From contig CBDVBZ010000002.1 of the NCBI GenBank assembly GCA_965372355.1, forward strand, positions 27,541 through 91,540: a stretch of DNA of 64,000 nucleotides. Direction: 5' to 3'. Every line of letters begins with the position of its first letter. Position 1 is the first letter of the stretch. Shown piece after piece: positions 1 through 7,775 of this stretch. A model generated the notes under the pieces. It did not search any database and was not told where the DNA came from. It saw nothing but the letters and a program-made list of their open reading frames with translations. The position numbers and the translations under genes were made by a program. Source of the DNA: an uncultured bacterium. Its GTDB lineage: Bacteria > Krumholzibacteriota > Krumholzibacteriia > WVZY01.

Positions 1-17
1 ACAGCCATGAGATATCC

Positions 18-1172
18 GTGCGGCGCGTCGTGAGAGAGCCGGTGTGGGGAGGCCCAAGGGTGAGCGTACCGCCGTACGACAGGGGGGCGTACCGCTTGGA
101 CGTCGTGGATGAGAAAACGGGGAAGCTCATCTACCGGCATGGTTTCAGCACGCTCTTCCAGGAGTGGACAACAACCGAAGAGGCACGGACGGTGAGGCGG
201 GCGTTCGAGGAGACCCTGGAGATGCCATTTCCAAAGATGCGTGTCCGTCTGTCGGTCTTTGAACGTAAGAAAATGGGTGAGATGGCAGAGATCTTTGAGA
301 TGCGCATCGATCCGTCGGATCATCAGATCGGCGGGTCACCGCTCGTTCCGATTGGGGCAGAGGTCATCGAACTTCTCGTGTCGGGCGATCCTGCAGTGAA
401 GGTTGATCTCGTTGTCCTGGGTGACGGGTACGCGCCGAACGAGAGGGTGAAGTTTGACGGGGATTGCGCACATTTCATGCAGACCCTTTTTGCGGTCGAG
501 CCCTTCAGAAGCCGGCACGACCGATTCAACGTGCGCGCGGTATTCGTGCCATCGGGGGAGTCGGGTGTCGATGAGCCGCGAAAGGGAATCTACCGGGATA
601 CGGCGTTTGGAATGACGTTCGACATGTTTGAGGTCCCACGGTATTGCATGAGTCGGGCGGTTTGGGCAATCCATGATGCCGTGTCGACCGTTGCCCACGA
701 TGCCATCTTGCTCATGGCGAACAGCTCGCGTTACGGGGGCGGAGCAATCTACAATCACTACACAGTGTTTGTCAGCGACAACGAATACGATGACTATCTG
801 CCGGTGCACGAGCTCGGGCACGGCTTCGGCGGTTTGGGGGACGAGTACTACTCCTCGGCCGTCGCGTACAACGAGTTCTACCCGCTGGGCGTCGAGCCAT
901 GGGAGCCGAACATCACGGCGCTGCTCGATCGCGACGACCTCAAATGGAAGCGTTTTGTCGACGACGGCACACCGATACCGACGCCGGAGGACGATCCCGA
1001 GTACGCCGCTGCGATCGGCGCGTTCGAAGGGGCAGGCTACGCGGCAAAGGGCTTGTATCGCCCCGCCACGGACTGCAAGATGTTCTCGAAAGGGAACCGT
1101 GCCTTCTGCAAGGTCTGCGAACAGGGGTTGATCGATGTGATCGAGTACTATTCGCCGAGCCTGGCCCGCTAG
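18..1172 (+). CDS. M64-like zinc metallopeptidase, probably 5'-partial (no in-frame stop between window start and the GTG at 18)
   Basis: HELGHGFGGLGDEYY zinc-binding HExxH motif with a downstream Glu; overall similarity to IgA-peptidase M64 family by eye; long ORF with coding-like composition. Confidence 0.55.
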   Translation: MRRVVREPVWGGPRVSVPPYDRGAYRLDVVDEKTGKLIYRHGFSTLFQEWTTTEEARTVRRAFEETLEMPFPKMRVRLSVFERKKMGEMAEIFEMRIDPSDHQIGGSPLVPIGAEVIELLVSGDPAVKVDLVVLGDGYAPNERVKFDGDCAHFMQTLFAVEPFRSRHDRFNVRAVFVPSGESGVDEPRKGIYRDTAFGMTFDMFEVPRYCMSRAVWAIHDAVSTVAHDAILLMANSSRYGGGAIYNHYTVFVSDNEYDDYLPVHELGHGFGGLGDEYYSSAVAYNEFYPLGVEPWEPNITALLDRDDLKWKRFVDDGTPIPTPEDDPEYAAAIGAFEGAGYAAKGLYRPATDCKMFSKGNRAFCKVCEQGLIDVIEYYSPSLAR

Positions 1173-1551
1173 ACCGCCGGCCTGCCGTGCAGTGTTCCCG
1201 AAAGCCCCCCCACCGTCTTGAGAAACACGAACGCCGGCAACACTCGCACGCGAATATTCTCATCCTGCGGATGCGCGAGAGACCCACGGGGATCAACCTC
1301 GGACCTCGACGACGGAGGAACGGACGCGGGGACGTCGCGCAGACACCGGTCAACCCGAAAGTTCGTAACGGTCGATTCGACATCAGATTATAATCAACAC
1401 CTGAAGTGCCAAAAAGAACCAGTTGATCCCCGGGCCCCAGCGTTTTCGCCCGCGTGGGCGCCGGCAGAAAACTCAGATTGGGCGGGATTTCCGGGCGCGT
1501 TTTGCGTAGGCTCGTTGGAGGCAGCAAATCAGGGGCGTGAGGGGGCTGAGT

Positions 1552-2166
1552 ATGCCGCGGAAGCCGAAATCTCCGTCGCCAGGGCTTACGACGCAACAGA
1601 CAAGGGTTCTGAACTACATCGCCGCTTTTGTGGGTAGTGAGGGGCGTCCTCCGTCTCTGGAGGAGATCCGCGACCACCTGGGCCTCTCGGCGGTGAGTAC
1701 CGTCCACGAGCACGTGGGTCTGCTCGTGGAGAAGGGCTATCTGTCGCGTCAGTGGAATCGCTCCCGTTCGATCGGAATGGCGGAGGGGTGCCGGCGATGG
1801 ACACGCCTGGTGCCGCTCGTTGGCCGAATCATGACGGGGAAACGGCTCGAGGCGCTGCGCGCGCCGGAGGAGATCGCCGTTCCGGCGGCCTTTGCGACGG
1901 GCGCCGGTGACTTCGCTGTCACGGCCGGTGATGACTCGTTCGCGGAGTACGGTATTCTTGCCGATGATACGCTGGTGATCGCCGAGTCGGCCGATTCGAT
2001 GCGTGCGGGTGCGCTGGTATTGGGGACGATGGGGGGTGACGAGATCGTTCTCCGGCGTATCGCGGAGACGGATCGCGAGCCGCCGGTGGCAGGTGTCGAC
2101 GTGACTGGATGGATGGACTTCCGTGTGTTGGGTGAGGTCGCCGGGCTGCTGCGGAGGTACCGTTAG
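1552..2166 (+). CDS. lexA: LexA-family repressor (winged HTH + S24 peptidase-like domain), with an atypical catalytic region
   Basis: N-terminus LTTQQTRVLNYIAAFVGSEGRPPSLEEIRDHLGL...VHEHVGLLVEKGYL resembles the LexA DNA-binding domain; C-terminus VPLVGRIMTG...AGDDSF...EIVLRRI aligns with the LexA S24 domain; ATG 1552 preceded by GAGGGGG RBS (the ORF-track start 1537 is an upstream GTG). Confidence 0.75.
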   Translation: MPRKPKSPSPGLTTQQTRVLNYIAAFVGSEGRPPSLEEIRDHLGLSAVSTVHEHVGLLVEKGYLSRQWNRSRSIGMAEGCRRWTRLVPLVGRIMTGKRLEALRAPEEIAVPAAFATGAGDFAVTAGDDSFAEYGILADDTLVIAESADSMRAGALVLGTMGGDEIVLRRIAETDREPPVAGVDVTGWMDFRVLGEVAGLLRRYR

Positions 2167-2201
2167 CGAGCCGCACGGCGGAGAGTGATTGCTGGAGGGG
2201 T

Positions 2202-2717
2202 ATGGAAAAGTCGCAGAAGGTGATCATCGACGGCTACAATCTGATTTACACGGACGAGGGCTTAAGGCGCACGGCGTGCAAGGATCTGCAGGGTGCGCGC
2301 GATAAGTTGATAGGGCTCTTGAAGCAGTATATGGAGGGGCGCCGTGTGCAGATCACCGTTGTCTTCGACGGCCGCGGCGGGTTGGCGAACGCGGAGGCGG
2401 TTGTCCCGGGCAAGCTTCAGATGCTGTTCAGCGCCGGCAATGAGACGGCGGATGAAGTCATCATTGCGACGATCCGCCGGTCACCGAGTCCCCGTTCGTT
2501 CGTTGTCGTCAGCTCGGATATGGCCCACATCGGGCGAACGGCGAGGGGGTTGGGATGCGAGGTCATCGGATCGAAACGGTTTCTCGATCGCTTGGCCGCC
2601 AGTGAGTCCCCTGCGGGAGGCGGTGGGCGGAGTGAGACACGCCGCGACCTGGGTGACACGGACTACTGGTTGAAGCGGTTCAGCGAGGAAGGGGAAAACG
2701 CCGACGACACCGAATAG
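2202..2717 (+). CDS. YacP/Rae1-like NYN-domain ribonuclease
   Basis: Motifs DGYNLIY, VVFDG, NETADEVI, VVSSD match the YacP/NYN family; 36 nt downstream of lexA on the same strand. Confidence 0.7.
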   Translation: MEKSQKVIIDGYNLIYTDEGLRRTACKDLQGARDKLIGLLKQYMEGRRVQITVVFDGRGGLANAEAVVPGKLQMLFSAGNETADEVIIATIRRSPSPRSFVVVSSDMAHIGRTARGLGCEVIGSKRFLDRLAASESPAGGGGRSETRRDLGDTDYWLKRFSEEGENADDTE

Positions 2718-2772
2718 CGTTCTCGAGTGACGGGATCTCTTGCTGCGGCGGACGGACGCGATGAGCGCACCG

Positions 2773-3450
2773 CTACCTTTTCTTTCGAAAATCGATACGC
2801 ACTTGCGTCCACATCGAGGCGGGTACACCGTTGACTCGGCCCGGTTCAAAAACGATTTGACTGGCTGACTCCAGGGCGGCGTCTATGCAATCCTGTGGGT
2901 GGTTGGAATCGAGGGTCTTGATGGTGATGATCGAGCCTTTCTCATCCACCTGTATCATCATGTCGATGTGATGGCCGAGGCAATGCCCGAGAGAGCGCGT
3001 GTCCGGCCAGGTGATTTCGATAGCACGCGGAGGGATCATGACCTCTTCAGGACCGATGTTGTGGGGAAGTGTCTGCGGGGATTCCCCGAGGAGGTTATCA
3101 ACATCGAGCGGGGCGTCGGATTGGCCGCCCTCATCGATGGTGACGGCTTCCTGAGTCGCGACGGCGGGCTTCTGCTCGATTTTTCTTGTTTCGGTCGGCT
3201 TTGGATCCGCGTTCTCATTGACGGGTTCCTCCGCCTCGTCGGGGAGGGGATCCTCGATCTCGATCGGAATGGTCAGGATGGCCGTGGGGGCGAACGGCTC
3301 GCCCGTGCCTTCCGCCGTGCTGGTAGTCGTCTTCTTGAACATTGAGAAAAACGCCGGACGGACGGAAATAAAAAGTACCGCGTGGAGACCGATAACCACG
3401 GCTACGATGATCCACCACTCTTTGGCTTTCTTGTTTTCTGAAGCACGCAA
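2773..3450 (-). CDS. TonB-like energy transducer (N-terminal TM anchor, Pro/Glu-rich linker, TonB-type C-terminal domain)
   Basis: N-terminal hydrophobic helix WWIIVAVVIGLHAVLFI, acidic/proline-rich linker, C-terminal ~90 aa resembling the TonB C-terminal fold (by eye). Confidence 0.45.
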   Translation of the reverse strand: MRASENKKAKEWWIIVAVVIGLHAVLFISVRPAFFSMFKKTTTSTAEGTGEPFAPTAILTIPIEIEDPLPDEAEEPVNENADPKPTETRKIEQKPAVATQEAVTIDEGGQSDAPLDVDNLLGESPQTLPHNIGPEEVMIPPRAIEITWPDTRSLGHCLGHHIDMMIQVDEKGSIITIKTLDSNHPQDCIDAALESASQIVFEPGRVNGVPASMWTQVRIDFRKKR

Positions 3451-3580
3451 GACATTGCCACCAATCCGGCACTACTGCGTCTACTCGACCCGGCGGTTTG
3501 AGGTCCCGTAACAAATGTGTCCGCACCAACGAACGTTTGTCAACAGCAGTGTGTATCTCCCGAAACGGTCGTGGCGACAG

Positions 3581-4156
3581 ATGCCGAGCCGGACCGCCGC
3601 CGTTCTCGACACCCTGCGAACCGTCCCCAACTTGATGTCCCTGGCCAGGCTCGTCATCGCGATTGCGGCCGCCGTTCTCTTCGCCACCGAAAGCCTGGAG
3701 GTGCTCGCCGTCTTTCTGTGTCTGGTTGGCGTGATCCTGGATGTCGCCGACGGGTGGTACGCGCGGAAGTTCGGGCAGTGTTCGCAACTGGGCAAGTTCC
3801 TCGACCCCCTCGCCGACAAGCTGCTGATGACCGTCGTGTACGGCGTAATCGCCGTCAAGATGAACACGTTCCCGATCTGGGCGCTATTTGCGCTCGTGGC
3901 AGGCCGGGATCTGCTCGTCACCGCTTCCCGGTCGGTTCACATGATCAAACACGGGTGCACCTATTCTTCCGACGGCCTCGGAAAGGCCAAAATGGTCGTC
4001 CAGAGCGCCGCTGGAATTGGGATCCTCGGCTACGCCTATCTCCTTTCGCCCGACTTCTCTTTTTCGCCTTATCCGGTGGTTATTGTACTACTTGTGATCA
4101 CTTTGATGTCTTATGTATCCGCGGGGCGCTATCTGCTCTCCAGAAGCCTCAAATAG
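3581..4156 (+). CDS. CDP-alcohol phosphatidyltransferase (PgsA-like)
   Basis: Motif DVADGWYARKFGQCSQLGKFLDPLADK = DG(x)2AR...G(x)3D(x)3D signature; several TM helices; ATG at 3581 chosen over upstream ORF-track start 3515. Confidence 0.75.
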   Translation: MPSRTAAVLDTLRTVPNLMSLARLVIAIAAAVLFATESLEVLAVFLCLVGVILDVADGWYARKFGQCSQLGKFLDPLADKLLMTVVYGVIAVKMNTFPIWALFALVAGRDLLVTASRSVHMIKHGCTYSSDGLGKAKMVVQSAAGIGILGYAYLLSPDFSFSPYPVVIVLLVITLMSYVSAGRYLLSRSLK

Positions 4157-4370
4157 CCATCGGAATCCCCTCTCGAACCCCGATGTTGCCTCTTTTTCAG
4201 GCGCCGAGGAGCGCCGCGTGGGGGCTAAAAGCAAAGGGGGCTGTTGCCGACCAAGACAAACCCCCTTTGGCTACCTCCACGTAGTGGATTGGCTGGTAGC
4301 ACTAGTAACTTATTCTGTATTAAAGCCGTTGTCAAGCCGTGGCCTGATTCGTATCTTTAACAAGGTGGGG

Positions 4371-4787
4371 ATGAAAGCGTTACTCAAGACATATCTCGTG
4401 TATCTTCTGTCGATTGCGATTGTCTCGCTGGCCCTGCCTTCTCCGGCGGTTGGCGGCGGTGGCTTCCCGTCCGGCAAGCCCTCATCCGACGAGGCTGCAG
4501 CGCCGGCCCTACGCATGGATAATGTTTCGCCGTTCGGTGCCATCGGTCACGCGTTCGCGTTCGGTGACACGACGGACTACGAATTTCCCGAGGAGGAAGA
4601 GGCCAAGGGGGTGTGGAAGGACGTGGCGCTGTGGTTGGTCGTGGCGGGATTCGCTGCTTTCTTCATCATCAAGGTTTTTCTCGAGGGAGACAAGGACGAG
4701 CCCGCGAAGGAGGAAGGGGGCAAAGAAATCCCACCGACGGCGTTCATCGTTCCCCAGCCGTCCCCTCCGTCCCCAGCGGGGCCTTAG
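4371..4787 (+). CDS. hypothetical small secreted/membrane protein (signal peptide, Gly-rich region, C-terminal TM helix)
   Basis: ATG 4371 preceded by AAGGTGGGG RBS and a TTGTCA-17-TATCTT promoter-like sequence at 4329-4357; MKALLKTYLVYLLSIAIVSLALP signal-like N-terminus; upstream part of ORF-track ORF (from 4113) judged non-coding. Confidence 0.45.
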   Translation: MKALLKTYLVYLLSIAIVSLALPSPAVGGGGFPSGKPSSDEAAAPALRMDNVSPFGAIGHAFAFGDTTDYEFPEEEEAKGVWKDVALWLVVAGFAAFFIIKVFLEGDKDEPAKEEGGKEIPPTAFIVPQPSPPSPAGP

Positions 4788-6810
4788 CAAAGCTCCGTCG
4801 TTGTTCTGCCACCTCGCCGGATTGGTGATCCCGTACCGAAATCTGAAGGATGTAGTCGCCCGGATCCAGGGCGCCGATATCAACGGCGAGATCTTCCTCC
4901 GCTCGATGGCGTGCGCCCTGGCGCTGCAGGGTCTGTGATATGACGGGGTCGCGGCCTCTCGCCAGCCCGATCATGTTTCTCAGGTTGCGCCTGAGTCTCG
5001 CCCCCCATCCCTTGGGCCGATCATCGGCCTCATAGATCGAGTATGTGATCTCGTATTGGCTTTGCGATCGAGTGACATCGAGATTGTAAACCTCCAGGTA
5101 GAGCCTGAGCCTCTCCGATTGCCGACACACACCGCCGGGGTTTGGATAGAACGTCTTGCCACCGCGCCGGATCATATCCCGCTCGCCCCCGGCCGGCGGC
5201 TCCTGATAGAAAAGTATGTCGCTCAACACCAGCTTGTCGGTGAGGTACCGGGCGGCGTCCGTTCTGCCATCGAGTCGCGCTCGTGCTCGGGTCAGGGCGT
5301 CCTCGAGACAAAACGCCACGCGAACGGAATCCAAAGGAACGTCGTATTGCTGCACCATTCGATACGATTCCTCGCCTCTTTCTGCGGGAAGCATCAAAGC
5401 CATACCAGACAGCGTATCCGCGTAGACAGCCGTATTCACCCATTCCTCATCGAGAAAAGCGGTCCGCACTAGGAATCGATCCGAACGAGCGAAGTCGATG
5501 TATTTGCCCATCGTTTCCAGATCGATCTTCATCGCGAGATAGAGATCCGTTGACGATGCGTCCCCGCGAAACGTGATGACATCCATGAACCCGGGGATCT
5601 CCCAGTAGGGGGACACGTAGTGAGTGGTGGGCGGGTCGAGATACAGGGCTTGTGCGGCGTAGTGATACCGGTAATCCATCGGGATCATGTAGTTGCCATT
5701 CAAGAACTCGTCGCGAAACCACAGCGTCATTCCGACGAATTCATTGTTGTAGATCCACATCTCCATGGGGCCGGTGAGCGATCCTCCAGCGAGCGTGGAC
5801 CCCACGCCATCCGGCATTCCAAACTTGATGACGGCCTTGCCGCGTTCCGTCTCCCAGCCGCGAAGCCTCGGAGTGTAGCTGTCGTAAAAGGCATCTGCGA
5901 GATACATGCGCTGGACGTGCTCCAGGTATCGTTCGTTGAGCGGTGTGGTGAGGTCCGGGTCTCGCTCCGCCCAGAACACCCGTTCGATTCTCTTGCGCCT
6001 CTCATCCGGTGCGAAGCGGTAGTCGTACGCCTCCTCGTCGGTGAGTATCGCACGGATATCCTGGTAGCCGTTTCGCTCATCCTCATCGAGAAGCCCCAGA
6101 GCCGTCGCGAACAGGGAATCACAAAAAACATAATCCAACCGTCGAAAGGCAATCGTTCCGCGGAGGAAATAGGCCTCCGCGAAATCCGGGTGCGCGGCCA
6201 TGCATTTCTCGGAAGCGGCGATTGCACTCAGCGTGTCGCCTCGTGCGAAGTTCACGAATGCCAGTTTATAGAATCCGGTCGGGTTGTCGGGATCGCATTG
6301 CACGACGTTTTGGAAATAAGGAACCGCCTTTCCGAGGTACTCCTTGTAGGTCTGCATGTACTTCCATTTCCGAAACCAATCGAGCCCCAGGTACAGTCTC
6401 GCTTCGCAGTTGTCGGGAGCGAGACGGAGGACCTTGTGAAAACACCGCGCGGCGTCCCCATAGAAGGTCTGCGCGTAGTATGTCTTGCCCAGCTCGAGCC
6501 AAAGACCCGCGTGATCGGGATACTGCTGGAGACCGAGCTCCAGGACTTTTTGAGATTGGAGACGTCCGGTGATGGTCCCGGCCGAGCGATACAGGATCCC
6601 CATCTGCACGTAGCGTTGGGGTGCTGCGCGCCCCGAGTGCACGACGCCGTCGAGGAGCTTGATCGCCCGGGCGGTGTCGCCCCTGGCGAGAGCGGCATCG
6701 GCGCTTGCCTCGAGCTTCGCGGGGTCCCTCTTAAAGAGCGAGCAGGATTGCAGACTCACGAGGGCAACCGCTGCAACGAGGAGTCTCGAGATGAATCGGT
6801 TCCGGTTCAT
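4744..6810 (-). CDS. GWxTD-domain lipoprotein with N-terminal TPR repeats
   Basis: GWETERGKAVIKFGMPD matches the GWxTD domain typical of the FCB group; lipoprotein signal MNRNRFISRLLVAAVALVSLQSC; start trimmed from the ORF-track 7047 to the ATG at 6810. Confidence 0.7.
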   Translation of the reverse strand: MNRNRFISRLLVAAVALVSLQSCSLFKRDPAKLEASADAALARGDTARAIKLLDGVVHSGRAAPQRYVQMGILYRSAGTITGRLQSQKVLELGLQQYPDHAGLWLELGKTYYAQTFYGDAARCFHKVLRLAPDNCEARLYLGLDWFRKWKYMQTYKEYLGKAVPYFQNVVQCDPDNPTGFYKLAFVNFARGDTLSAIAASEKCMAAHPDFAEAYFLRGTIAFRRLDYVFCDSLFATALGLLDEDERNGYQDIRAILTDEEAYDYRFAPDERRKRIERVFWAERDPDLTTPLNERYLEHVQRMYLADAFYDSYTPRLRGWETERGKAVIKFGMPDGVGSTLAGGSLTGPMEMWIYNNEFVGMTLWFRDEFLNGNYMIPMDYRYHYAAQALYLDPPTTHYVSPYWEIPGFMDVITFRGDASSTDLYLAMKIDLETMGKYIDFARSDRFLVRTAFLDEEWVNTAVYADTLSGMALMLPAERGEESYRMVQQYDVPLDSVRVAFCLEDALTRARARLDGRTDAARYLTDKLVLSDILFYQEPPAGGERDMIRRGGKTFYPNPGGVCRQSERLRLYLEVYNLDVTRSQSQYEITYSIYEADDRPKGWGARLRRNLRNMIGLARGRDPVISQTLQRQGARHRAEEDLAVDIGALDPGDYILQISVRDHQSGEVAEQRRSFAKAPLGTEGTAGER

Positions 6811-7063
6811 GACAATGCGCTTCACGCAGTTCTCGCCTATCCCGTGGGGACGCCGGTTGAGCCTGTCCTGGAAGGGCTGCGACGCGTCGTGGAAGGGCTC
6901 CAACCGGCGGATGTAACGCGGCCGAAAGGTCCGCGTACATAGGAAATATACAACGGCTCTTGGCGCCGATAAACCCCCGTGGTTCACTCGAGCGACAAAA
7001 GAAAAGAGGGCCCTCGTTCGAGGGCCCTCCCATCGTCTCATGCACAATCGGCTCTACAGGCTC

Positions 7064-7453
7064 CTAGACATCCTTCTTTGGACCAAATGTTTTCTTTTCG
7101 TCACGGAACGTCACGCCCAACGCCGCGTCGCTGTTTTTCGTCACGATGCGGAAGGACAATGCCTTGCCCGATGCGATCGGCTTGTCGGTCGTCCGAAACA
7201 TGATCATGTCATCTGTCGCGATACCAACCCACCCGTCGGGTGCGAAGATATCCTCGATAGACGCGCTGGCGTCGGACACGGTGATGCCATAGACGGCCTT
7301 GCCGGCGGCGGAAACCTTGAGGACGACTACAGGGGAGCCGTCTTCGGTCGGGACAACGCTCTTTGTTACTGTGGGATCCGCGGCGAGGGCGGGCAGCGCC
7401 ATCAAGACGCAAAGGGCCCCAGCGAGAAGAATCGTACGATTGAAGCGAGTCAT
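7064..7453 (-). CDS. hypothetical small secreted protein
   Basis: Signal peptide MTRFNRTILLAGALCVLMALPALA; coding-like composition; no recognisable domain. Confidence 0.45.
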   Translation of the reverse strand: MTRFNRTILLAGALCVLMALPALAADPTVTKSVVPTEDGSPVVVLKVSAAGKAVYGITVSDASASIEDIFAPDGWVGIATDDMIMFRTTDKPIASGKALSFRIVTKNSDAALGVTFRDEKKTFGPKKDV

Positions 7454-7724
7454 TACTGACCTCCTTCGATGCTGCAAACCTAGGATGCTAGAACAGGAAG
7501 ATCCTAAGCAAATGACTGCTTATTTAGAGTGTCACATCAAGTGGTGCTTGCAGAACCTTGCTACCAATAGCATACGCCATGGGTCCATGTCTGCTTGCCA
7601 CATATAATTGTACCACATCTCGCCCCACGGTGTCGAGGGCCGGACGCGGACCGGCATACTAACAAGCCGTTTTGGAGCAGGTTAGCAGTGCGATAAGAAT
7701 CCCTTGGTATTCGGGCGCTGGTTC

Positions 7725-7730
7725 TATAAT
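7725..7730 (+). promoter_or_regulatory. TATAAT -10-like hexamer ~45 nt upstream of the M1 peptidase gene
   Basis: Perfect TATAAT at 7725-7730; weak -35 (TTGGTA, 15-nt spacing). Confidence 0.25.
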
Positions 7731-7775
7731 ATTACGTGCTGAAGGCCCATAACACCCGCCCCGATACGGTGTTCC

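Noticed and set aside
1173-1551. Search for an SOS (LexA) box upstream of lexA
   Set aside because: No match to the CTGT-N8-ACAG, GAAC-N4-GTTC or GTTC-N7-GTTC classes. There are only weak partial palindromes (e.g. CGAAAGTTCG). The operator for this lineage is unknown, so no call was made.
1218-1637. 139-aa ORF overlapping the lexA start
   Set aside because: Has no RBS or start context. Its region 1173-1551 is better explained as the lexA upstream regulatory region. Its sequence is low-complexity Arg/Gly/Ser.
5620-6942. 440-aa + strand ORF
   Set aside because: Antisense to the GWxTD/TPR gene. It has no motifs and an Arg/Gly/Val-rich composition typical of GC-rich antisense frames.
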